Source: Epiperipatus broadwayi (lineage: Eukaryota; Animalia; Onychophora). From it: a stretch of 64,000 nucleotides of DNA. The notes under the pieces are model-generated. The model did not search any database and had not been told where the DNA came from. It worked only from the letters and a program-made list of their open reading frames with translations. The stretch spans positions 35,092,001 to 35,156,000 of the forward strand of contig JAQFVV010000001.1 in assembly GCA_028023455.1 (NCBI GenBank), written 5' to 3'. This document shows, one piece after another, positions 13,000-24,090 of this stretch (the first letter of the stretch is position 1; each line of letters begins with the position of its first letter). The translations under genes and the position numbers were made by a program.

Positions 13000-14153
13000 C
13001 TTTTCATATCAGGGTTTATAGGATCACCTCCTAATGACTTTTGTGAACATCTGGCCTAGACTGAGATCAGTAAAAGTAATATTTGATCCAACCACTTCTA
13101 TACCATAGGTCTCTACCTTATAAACATAACATTTGATATCTTGATCAACATAATTATAATTTTTCTCTTAAGCCTTCTTCATTTTCAGCATTTTTAGTTG
13201 AATATTTTCCATCCTAGCTTCTAACTGAATTTGCTCCACTACATTCTCCACAATCTTTTTCTGTCCTTCCATTTATCACTTCCCTTATTTCTTTTTGTAC
13301 TCTTTCTATATCACCACTAAATTTTGCACTAACCTTTCTCAACTCCCTCTACCTTAGACTTATTTATAGTTTCATTTAGTAATTTTTTAGCTTTCACTAG
13401 TTCTGCTTTACTTTCTATTGTAGATTCATTCATGTACTTAAACATAGTTTTTTCAAAAGTTAAGTGATCCTCGTTAACATTTTGAAGCTGAACTTTTATT
13501 TCTGGCTTGATTTTACTAATGAACTGATCTGACTGGGACTCCAATTCCTTCCAGTTCACTTCACTAACTGACTCTTTGAGTCTACTATCTCTGTCTCAAG
13601 CTTCTTCAGCCTACCATATATCTTCTCCTCATGGATTATAAAATTTATTTCCAATTTCTCCTAGCTGAATTTTAGAATGCTTTTTATAATCTAGAAAGCT
13701 AGCCTTAATTTTCTCTAACATAACATCCAACTTGCTTCTGGCTGCTTTACAATTGTTTTCCAATGATTGAAATTTCTAGTTAAACTCTAATACTGTTTTC
13801 ATGTTAGCAGCTTCTATTTCCTTTTTCACAAACTCCTATATGTAAGCTATCTTAACTTCTAAACTGATAACTTTATGTTCAAATTATTTAACTTTTCAGA
13901 TTGCTCCTCCAACTTCTTATTTATCTCTTTCTGAGACTGAGACTGTTCCTTAAACTTCATAGAGTGCTCATCTAATTTTTTAGACATCTCTTTCTGAAAC
14001 TGAGACTGTTCTTTCATCTTCTTATTCATCTTTATTTGAGATTGTAAATCCACTCTCCATGCATTCTAACATCAGCATAATTTGTTACTGAAGATCAAGA
14101 TTGGCAACCCTTTGGGTCCCGTCCAGATCTTTAACTATTTTGAAGTCACTCAT
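13000..14153 (-). pseudogene. Disrupted coiled-coil gag-like ORF of the LTR element
   Basis: Starts MSDFKIVKDLDGTQRVANLDLQ and continues through E/K/Q-rich heptad segments (ORF-track pieces 13859-14053 and 13329-13559). Interrupted by stops and frameshifts. The gag assignment is inferred from position and the coiled-coil character of many arthropod Gypsy gag N-termini. Confidence 0.55.
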
Positions 14154-15698
14154 TTTAGGTGTATTATTAGTAACAGTAAATATACTTCAATGTCCTTTAA
14201 CACAACTCTAACATTCATATTCATATCTATACTTTAATAACAATTAAGAATTAAAATCTGTTCAAACGAACCAACCTCTAAATCAACACCACCAACAATT
14301 TATTTCAACTAGTACATATCATATCTACATTAAAATGATCTAAACCCCAACTACAATCATCACCAATGATCATAACAAATTATGAACCCTCCATAATATT
14401 AGGTTCTCACAATTCAATCATAAAATCTGTTAGCATACTCTGGAATATGATTTCTATTGTCACCAGAAGTCCACATAAGTAATAAGTGGAATAACATTAA
14501 AAATAAACATTTATTATTTCACTGCTGTTATAGAGCATCTGTCACCTGATAATTATTCATACAGTTGATAAAACTTTAGTATGCAATCCTGAAATCTGAG
14601 ATTTCAAAGACCTGAGTTTTGAATATCTTGTTAGTACCAATATTGAAACAGCATGTAATGCTGAGGCATCTCAAAGACTAAAATTATAGCTCAATGATGA
14701 ACTGGAATAGTTCATCTTACATCCATCATTCCATAGCAAATCATACCCAAAGCTGGGTGCTAAGAACTGTAACCAAAAAGCCCTTACCCCAGATTGTAAC
14801 AGTCTGATTTATTGATAAAATACAAAGCTATTACCATACAATCTGGTCACAGCCAGGAAGGTTAATTGCAGCATTATTTGAAGGTACATCAAGTTACCTA
14901 AATAAATTATATTATTTTTTTAATTAACCATAATTATCCTTAATTATTTTATTTTAAAAAGGAATTCCTAAATCTTAATTTATGATTTATAATTATTCTT
15001 TCAATAGCTCTCTCTTAAAGCACTAGGACCATATTTTACAATTTTATTTATCTGAGACTTGAGGCAGATCATAGGCAAAGTGCTATAATCTATAAAACTG
15101 CTAATCATTCTAGAATACGGGCCATTAAACCATACAATAATAATTATATCAGCCATTACATCATAAACAGTAGCTCATCATGTATTCAGGTTTAAAGTAA
15201 AGAAATGCTATATAGGACAAATGCTTTGCAATGGAAGGAGAGTAATATGTATTTCAAGTTATTTTCTTCATTAACCCAAATATCAAATCAAATTAATAGC
15301 AATGAAACTCTTAGATAAGACATTTGTTATAGTTTTAGAGAATAGGTTCAATTATTATACTGGCTAGCAAATTTATTATTAATTTAAATATTAATGTTGG
15401 AAATATCAATAGAGGTAACTGATTTTGGATTATACTCCATATTTTATACATCACAAAGTACCCAAGAATAAACATTAAAATACTCTCTTGATGTTCCAGT
15501 AAACCTTATATATATCATCATCAGGGACAATATGAAATCTAATATTTATGATCTATCTTTCTGACTCTATATGTGACTAATAGCAACAGCACAGAAAGTT
15601 ATCAAATTAACATATATTTATGATGCAAAAAATATGAAAACAGTAATAGATTAACAACATTCATAATTTACATAAATGACAAATAACATAAAATACCA

Positions 15699-15819
15699 AC
15701 GTCTTGCATCAGTGGTTGAGAGGTCAGTGTGACTGTCTTGCACTAGCAGGCAGTTGCCCGGGTTGCGGGTTCATGTCCCGGCCGATGCTATGACACTTAA
15801 AAAAACAAACAAAAAAAAA
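15699..15819 (+). mobile_element. tRNA(Gly)-like short SINE / retroposed tRNA with A-rich tail and 14-bp TSD
   Basis: GCATCAGTGGTT.AG.GGT (A box) ... GGGTTCATGTCCCGGCCGATGC (B box/acceptor) resembles tRNA-Gly(GCC) termini (GCATCGGTGGTTCAGTGGT...GGGTTCGATTCCCGGCCGATGCA). A-rich tail at 15799-15819. TSD aacataaaatacca at 15685-15698 and 15820-15833. Confidence 0.8.
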
Positions 15820-16866
15820 AACATAAAATACCATCACATGGAATTGTTCTACATGGACAATGTACATTAATTAGGTGTATGAATAAACAAAACAAACTGA
15901 AATACTATCACATGTACTTATTTCTGTGCATGGCTATGTGCATAAGTTTCAGATAATACAATCTAAAATTTTATTACAAATGTATTAGTTTTTTTTAATT
16001 CTTATGGGGTGAAGGTAGATTCAAATATAGTCAATGGCACCTTCAATGCATCAAAACTAGAACCAATGCACTTATACTCAAAATTATAATAACAATGACA
16101 ACAATTGGAATGATAGACCTATGAAATTTGACTATAAAGAGATATGAAATCAAAAATATTTAAACTCCAACTCAGCTGAGCTGGGCTATCATAATTTACC
16201 TATAATAAATTATGATCATATTTCACTCAAAATGCCCATCTATGGATGATAACAGAACATGTGCAACAAACATTAAGAGGAGTGAAACAATGTAGGTATC
16301 ATAATGTATGGACTCTACTTAAACATATGTTTATATAATGAGGATCAGTGATATACCTTTGGGTGCATTCATTGATACAAGAGATAATGAGCAGTAAGTA
16401 CCCTTTGGGTCTTCTAATCATCATCAGAGAAACTAGCATATTACAGATTGTTCAGTGGATTAACCACCAGCACTGAAACAAACTTAAAGAACATACAAAC
16501 CAATAGTATTAATTATTTTGCAGATTACCTACAAACACAGATTGATATAAAGAATATGATATGAACACTTACTTCCAGATAAAATAGAAATAAATCACCC
16601 TCATTAACCTACTAAATCAGAAGACCCTTGCTGTTTTACAAGCATAAATCAAGACCAAAAGATTTAATAAAAACTCTGTTACAGAAAACAATTGAGATAA
16701 TGGTTGACCATAGACCAAATGGTATGAAAGGATATTACCTAATATTATAATGTGAGTATAAGCACAGAACCCTAAAAAGATGCACAGGATTAGGCCATGT
16801 GATAATGATACATTATAGATTCATTGAACTAATCATGATTGACTCTTGTCAGTTCCTACATCAAGT

Positions 16867-16989
16867 TAAAAGTAATTATTTTATATAATAAATCATATAT
16901 ATATATACCATGAATTTTACACATGATTTATAAAAGTAATTATTTTATATAATAAATCATATATATATATACCATGAATTTTACACATG
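16867..16989. repeat. Perfect tandem duplication, 64-bp period
   Basis: taaaagtaattatttt...ccatgaattttacacatg starts at 16867 and at 16931. Confidence 0.9.
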
Positions 16990-17765
16990 TATAAGATAAT
17001 ATAAAATACAATAAAACATAAAATGTAAGTTCATTAAATTACTACATTAGGTACAAATACATGTTATTTACATCCATTGGCTATTAGCCAATCAATTAAT
17101 AGCAAATTTCTTAAACTTAATGACAAATATAATTTAAATATATATTTGTTTATAACAACACAATCTTAAAAGTTTATTATATGCTTCTTTATCTCCATTT
17201 ATAATGACTACTCATAAATTAGTTAATTTGCACATAGGTTTTCTGAGAATATATGATATTTGAGAGATAGGATATACATATTTTAATCAAATTATTCTCA
17301 ACAATTAATGGAATTGCACAGCATTGTTTTAGGAGTTATTCCAAAAGTGATGTATTTTACTATCGTTAACTTATGAATGTCAAGGTCAAAGAATAATTTG
17401 TTAGGCAAATAATTATCTTATGAGTGTTATAAGAGCTAAAATATGTTCTTGGTCAGTATTGTAATTTTAAGAAGGTAACTCACAATGTTATTGATAATAT
17501 AAATTCAAAGGAAAACTAATAAATTCTTTATCGTCCAGACAATAGTATACAAAAGGGTTAAAACAGCATTGCATCCCACACAGATATAATACTAGAAATA
17601 TCAAAGTTGTGAAAATAAAACCCTATATCCTAAAACAATTATTGCATTCCATTCTGTACATACATAACACTACCATATATGTTAAATTTCATGAAAGCAA
17701 AATTTATCCAAAGTTAAATACAGTACTTTGTATTTTCACAACACTACCCATAGGTGTTAAAGTTA

Positions 17766-18675
17766 TGAAGGTAAAACTTTATTCAAAGCTAAACATAGTT
17801 CATAAATAATAAGAAATTTCAAATAGACTGATCTTTTAGAGCTACTATTCCCATTGTTGCAGTTAACAATAATTCTTATGCCTTCTAGTTGTAGACCTTG
17901 TAGAAGGCTATCAGCAGCTAGACTCACAGTTGGTGGACCCAAACAGATTTGTTAGGATTTAACTATATGTTTTGCTATTCACACTTGATAATATTGCAAC
18001 TTAAATTATTTAAGAGAAGTTTTAATTGAACTTCCTTCTTTATCTTTATGTTCTTTCTTTTTTTAAAAAAGAAGTTTTCGTTATATGTTTAACAGTGAGG
18101 AAAAATAAAATAAAATTTCTTATTTTATTATATACTTGCTGTTATTACAGAAGTTCTCTCTCCAAAGAAAAAACTTTTTTGCAGTTCTATTTTTTTTTAG
18201 CCAATTAGATTTCTTCTCATTTACATGTCTGTTTTAAAAAAATGGAAATAAAAGGAAAGAAAAAAAATGTGTTTAGCTTATCGTATCCTATAAATTATTT
18301 TAAAATAAATTAAATAAATCATTCAATTAAACCTAAATAATCTCTAAGATTATTTAAAAAGAAAAACAAATAATAATTATTTATTTTTTTAAGTATCTTA
18401 CTAAACTTGATGTAATATGCTGTTGGTTTTTACTTTTAGGTTAAGACAGTTTATCGAATTTAATATTTGGAATCTAATATATGAAAGAAGAGAAGAAAGG
18501 AAAAAAATTATACAATAATAACAAAAAAAAAGGGAATTATATAACCTCACTGTTCAATAACTTTGAACACAAGGGTCAAGCATACTAAATGTCAGGCATC
18601 ATCTGAAAGAAGATAGAGAAAATTTAACTAGTTCTATCATGCTATATATATATTGCACCCAAATATAACGTTACA
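17766..18675 (-). repeat. 5' LTR of the minus-strand LTR element
   Basis: Minus strand begins TGTAACG and ends CCTTCA; homologous to 11693-12595. Confidence 0.8.
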
Positions 18676-19195
18676 ATATATATATATATATTAGATGGTC
18701 AAATTTTTTTTGTTAAGCCACCTCTTTTTCTGAATGAATAAATGAATGTTTTTTTAATTCATGCACAATCACAATCATATTATTACTTGAGACAAATTAG
18801 TTCTTCATTATAGTCTTAAGGAGGATGAATGCAATTTCATTGAAATGCCAAAAATTTAAAGAAAAAAATTAATGTATGGTATGATCCAAAAAAGATTTTA
18901 ATTATATATATATCATAATCCATTTTAATTCTCTGAATCATTCATGTAAAATATTAAGAGGATCAATGTTTTATTCTCAGAATACCCATGCAAAATATTA
19001 AAGGATTATCAATATTTTGATAAATTAACATTTGCCTTTAACTAGACAGAGAGATTATTGTGTGGTAAGTGACTAAATGTCAGTAGTCTTTTTCACAGGT
19101 GATTCTGAGAATTGAAATGAATTATACTACAAATTTGTCCATGAAAACCTTCACTTCAATGCACATGCACACACATATAAAATTTTCAGGGGTAT

Positions 19196-19455
19196 GGATG
19201 GCTGAAGAGTTGTAGGGTGAAGTAAATTGAACCCTGTTCATTAAATTGTGAAGATTTGTTATCTTAATATAAACTGAGCACTGATTATAGCCATGTGTAA
19301 TAGATGGTCATCTGGACCAACTGATGAGTGCTAGTTCAGCATGAAATATGTACATTGGAGATCATTTATCTTTTCCACAATTGTGTGATCATGGGTATTA
19401 TTTATATGAGATAGATTGGATGAAAAGAGATTAAAAGTCTGTGTTCAAATCCCCC
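19196..19455 (+). mobile_element. ~270-bp dispersed repeat (copy B) of the hammerhead-bearing family
   Basis: Homologous to 7551-7830; ends in a B-box-like gttcaaatccc. Confidence 0.75.
19310..19365 (+). ncRNA. Minimal type-I hammerhead ribozyme motif (decayed, probably inactive as written)
   Basis: CCAA-CUGAUGA-GUGCU-aguuc-AGCAU-GAAA-UAUGUACA-UUGG. Intact CUGAUGA and GAAA boxes, 5-bp stem II, stem I CCAA/UUGG extended by AUCU/AGAU beyond a bulge, palindromic stem III. Position 16.1 is C here but U in the other two copies. Confidence 0.7.
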
Positions 19456-21169
19456 ATATTGTGTGTATATATATATATATATGTAAAATAACCTTTAAAC
19501 CCCATTGCAATGTAATAGCATTAATAGAAATTCTCCATTCATTGATCAATAACTGAATGACTAAGTGTGTTGATTATTTTTAAATTTCATTCAGATTCAT
19601 ACTTCACAGTGGTGGCAAAGCATACACCTTTATTAAGTGTTATATTACATGACTCCTTCAATAAATATATAATATTTGATACATGAACATTTTAATCATA
19701 AAATAGAAAGGTATATTGCTATAAATAATTAGCATCTAATTTATTTGCTGTTTTATATATTTATGAATTTCAGCATGCAAGTATTAAAACAATATTATAT
19801 CTTTATTTATTAGCTTCTATAAATGATTATCGTTAACTTGACATTCTACTAATTTTCTTATTGTTTATATTAAAATTAGTTATTTTAAATGTATAATTGA
19901 TAAACTTTTTAGTTGAAATGATTATAAAATGTTGCTACTTTATACACGAAATTATATTGATAAAATGTTTTAAATTGCAGAATAAGGTTTCTGTCTGAGT
20001 GTTTGCAGTTGTTTTTATAAAATATGTGAATTAACAAAATATTTGGGGTGAAAAAATTTTTTTATCAAGAAGATTAAAATATGTTTGCAATTTTTTTAAG
20101 ATAATGAAGTTCATTAAATATTTTGCTCTGAGCAATGTATTTAATATTGACTTGAAGAATGAAAAAATTATAGATTTCGCCTCAATTTCAAAAAAATAGT
20201 AAAACAAGCAGTTTTGTTGAAGAAACTAGTCTCCCACCCCCTGAAAATGCTTAGTAAATGTCATATTTTAAATTATATTATTACATATTTTTAATCTATA
20301 TATATAAAAACAAAAGAAATCCAAGTTTAAAATAAAATTATAAATGTGTCATAATGTAAATGTAAGAAATTTTATAAATTACCAAAATAATGGCAAAACT
20401 ATTGATGAACATAATTTTTATTTTTGTTCAGTAGGTTGACTTTTAACACAGAATACAAGCAGATTAAAACTTCAATCCAAATGTGCTAATCAATCATGAT
20501 AATCTAACCATGCAAGATAGGATAATTCAATAAATACCTTTTCTCAAATTTCTTCTTGGTTACTCACCTAACCGAGAGGTTATTGATTTTTGATTAATTA
20601 GTTGATTTTCAATTAATTTCTATTAGACTCAAAAACAGGGCAGAGATCTTAAATGAACTGAAATAGACTTAACTTGAAACTAAAAATGTCTTTGTTTGGT
20701 CTATGTCACAGGTATTTATTACATTATTCTTGCACTCAATTGCTGTTTTTTTAATTAATCAAATAGCCTTTCCAATATGGTATTTTTTTTCTAAATACAT
20801 TTGCTGTATAACCTTATTTAATTACAATGTGTGTTAATATCTTTTAGACAATTTTATTTATTTTTTTGAAATTTTTATTAAAATCTGGTTGAGAATTTCA
20901 AAAAGATCCAAGTTTAGAAAAATATGAATAATCTAAGAATATATTTAAAAAACAACATTATTTTGAATTATATAAAGATAATACAATCAATATTTATTAA
21001 CTACTAAATATGCTGGTCTGTCATTGTTTTTTTTACATAAATTATCACCTATGCAAGATTGAAGCTGCTCAAAATGCCAATATTGAGCAATACTTTAAAG
21101 AACTAACTGATATAGGCTTTAAATATAATGACTTTACATGAAGAGTCAAACAAGTTTATAACAAGATAA

Positions 21170-21660
21170 AATCATACCCTTCCAAAGATGACAAACCCTG
21201 GTTTCTTTTTCCATATATCCCATGGATAGCTGAAAACATCAATAAAGCTTGTTCACAAACATTGAGAGTAAGCTACCATACTCCTCCAATAACTTACAGA
21301 TTAATAAATAATTCTAAGGAGAGACTCCATATAGAAGAAACTTCACACATTGTGTATAAAATTACATGTACCAAGAAGGATGCAGCATTATATAGTACAA
21401 TAAATTATGCACATCTTTCTCTACTCTATCTCCCAGCACAAATACCTTTACAGATGAGCCACAGATAATCCAGAGCATAAGTTGATCTTTTTCAAACAGC
21501 AAAACATCACAAGTCATACATTTGAGCCCATATCTTCCAACATAGCATGCATTGACTGAAATGACTATAATCAGAAGATCAAAGAAACATGACATATAGC
21601 TAACAATCCTAAGGCCATAAATTGGAAGAAATCCTGCTTCCCCCTTTCTATGAAATGGAT
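21170..21660 (+). mobile_element. Penelope-like element 3' fragment (GIY-YIG endonuclease region)
   Basis: VSYHTPPITYRLINNSKERL..ETSHIVYKITC, later AHIFQH. This matches the PLE pattern xxLxNxKD...GVYKIxC...AxH. Homologous to 40700-40900(-) and 44690-44800(+). Confidence 0.65.
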
Positions 21661-22849
21661 AATCTGAATTAAATAAATTTTGAATAATCTATTGCCTATA
21701 TATACACATCCCCATACAATTGTTCACATTTCAAGGCTATGACTATAAAAAAATTTAATGCTCTTGAAAGCACTTAGCTTCAATAATAATTTTCATGCAA
21801 TTATAGCTTTTCTTAGGAGAGAGTGTCAGTGCATATATTTATAATTTAATATATAGTAAATATATAGGTGAAAGCTAGTTGAAATATTTTGTTTGTTTCA
21901 TAAATTACTTATCATGCTATACTTCAAGCATATTTTATTATTTCTTTTTGAATATAATTCAGTTATAAGAAAGAGACAACATATTTCAACTAGCTCTTTT
22001 CTCCTTTAATAAATGAAGATTATTTATTCAATTATTTATATATTTTTGAGCTTGTTTCTTTTATGTTATAAGGACTGATGAAACAAATTATTTCCTCTCT
22101 TGTTCTCACAAATTCTATATGTGTTCTGCATACATGCTTATATATATAAATTATATTTTTGTAATTTTTCATCTCTAATCTATTATTTTTTCAGCTTAAA
22201 TACTTATTTAAAAGCCAGTCTCCTGTTCTTTATGTGTGTTTAAGAAGATCCATGACATCACAGTAGTCTCAATAACCTTTGAAGAAATATATATTTTTTG
22301 ATTATTTCAACATCATCATCATTGACTTTCCACATGACACTTATTTTTCTGTTGTTTAATTTTACAATCTCTTATTCATTATTTACATTTGTTATATTTT
22401 ATTTATTGGGTATTGATTTTTCATTTCTTTAAGTATACTTACACTATAACGATCAGTTTAACAATAATCATTTTCTACAAGACCCACTTTGCCAAATTCT
22501 GGAACATTAATATCTATTATCCTATATTATTATCTATCACAACAGCAACTTTCTTTATAGAATATTTCCACCTAGTGCAAATCATAGTAATCAATGAATG
22601 TCTTGATGAATAGTGCATTAAAATACTATAGCTAGTGCATACTCATTCAATATTGTCAAACTAGTAACTAACTTGTGGCTTTATCAGTAAGAAACCTTGG
22701 ATATGAGAACACTACATCTAGATCTTTGGATCTAAGACATTTCTCCAGAAGTCACATTTTATCTTTTCAGTTAACTATAAAGCTATGAGCCTAAACTGAA
22801 AGAACATAATGGTTTCAATCCAAGATAATTTGCTCTCAAATCCAAGGCT

Positions 22850-22889
22850 CTTCACTGATGAAGACTATAAGCTAGAAAATAATCTGGAG
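22850..22889 (+). ncRNA. Degenerate hammerhead-like motif followed by AATAAA
   Basis: CUUCA-CUGAUGA-agacuauaagcua-GAAA-auaAUC-UGGAG. Stem I CUUCA/UGGAG pairs; stems II and III are imperfect. AATAAA at ~22895. Confidence 0.45.
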
Positions 22890-23630
22890 ATGTCAATAAA
22901 TAGATAATAGATATGGATTTTGATGCATTAAGATTCTAGAATCTGTTAATTATTATGGCTTGTACTAGGTGATAATATTATATGGAGAAAGTTTCTACTG
23001 TATTAACAGTTTGAGTAAGAACAAAAAATACTGGTCTCACATGATGCCGAATTATTTATCCTGGATGCTCCCTTTAAATGTTTCTTGTAAAATTTTAGTG
23101 AAAATAAAGAAGATATGATGCCCACATGTGTTTGCAAACTAAGAATACTTACCTTTGTTAAGCTCCAAATATATTAAGAGGTACTCACCTGACAAATTGT
23201 AAAATGCTAGGAATTATACAACTAGCAAAGTAAGATTAGAATGGATGATTAATCTGAAACTATTACTCTAAAATGCATAACTCCTTTGAAGTAATAATGA
23301 TAATGATGACATTATAAATTGGAAGATATAGGAATACACCATTCAACAACTAAAATCTAAAAAAAATAACCACAACAAAACATAATCAATGGCTCTTCTA
23401 TAAATCCTTGAAAATATTCACAAACATATTCCTCTCATCTTCTTTCTACTTTTTAAAAACTACAAAACTCCTTGCCTTTTATATAATCATCATTTATTCC
23501 TCCTCCAAAAAGAGTTTAAAAAACATTAAACTTGGTTTATATAGAAGTTTATTTTTCTCTAGTTGTTTAAATTTGTAAATAAATTAAAAAATAATAAAGA
23601 CAGTCCTCTATTTTAAAAATAATCCATTAA

Positions 23631-24090
23631 TTTTAAAATATATACAATCCATGCACAAACTTCTTTTTAAATCTTGATTTATTATAATATGAGCTATTAC
23701 AGTGTAAAATAATATACTCCAACATTTCAACTATATTATTTTATAGTCACAATAAATACAAATATTTCATAATCCATATAACAAAATACAAATACCTCTT
23801 CAAATACCTCTTACCTTAAATCTCTTCTAACAAAACAATGTAATGTAATGAAAAGTTATGATTATTTTGTTAAAAGAGGTTTTAAGGTAAGAGGTAATTG
23901 TATTTTGTTATATGTATTATGAAATATTTGTATTTATTGTTTTTATATATATTTTAGTTGTTTCTTCATAAAGACTATAAAATAATATAATTGAAACATT
24001 GGAGTATATTATTATACATCGTAATAATTCATATTATAATAAATAAAGATTTATAAAAAAGTATGTGCATGGTTTGTATATATTTTTAAA
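23631..24090. repeat. Large fold-back palindrome (~200-bp arms) with hammerhead-like remnants in each arm
   Basis: ttttaaaatatatacaatccatgcaca...ctccaacatttcaactatattattttatagtc...taccttaaa is mirrored on the right through tgtgcatggtttgtatatatttttaaa. Confidence 0.85.

Larger units (their letters stand above)
11693..18675 (-). mobile_element. LTR retroelement (Gypsy-like) with two LTRs, PPT and a gag-like pseudogene but no detectable pol
   Basis: Direct repeats 11693-12595 and 17766-18675 align along their length. On the minus strand the 5' LTR reads TGTAAC...CCTTCA. A G-tract PPT (C9 on +, 12603-12611) lies just inside the 3' LTR. No matching TSD was found. Confidence 0.75.

Noticed and set aside
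23140-23200. Two consensus 5' splice donors on the minus strand (CAG|GTGAGT and AAG|GTAAGT) ~40 bp apart
   Set aside because: No supported open exon upstream; such motifs arise by chance in 64 kb.
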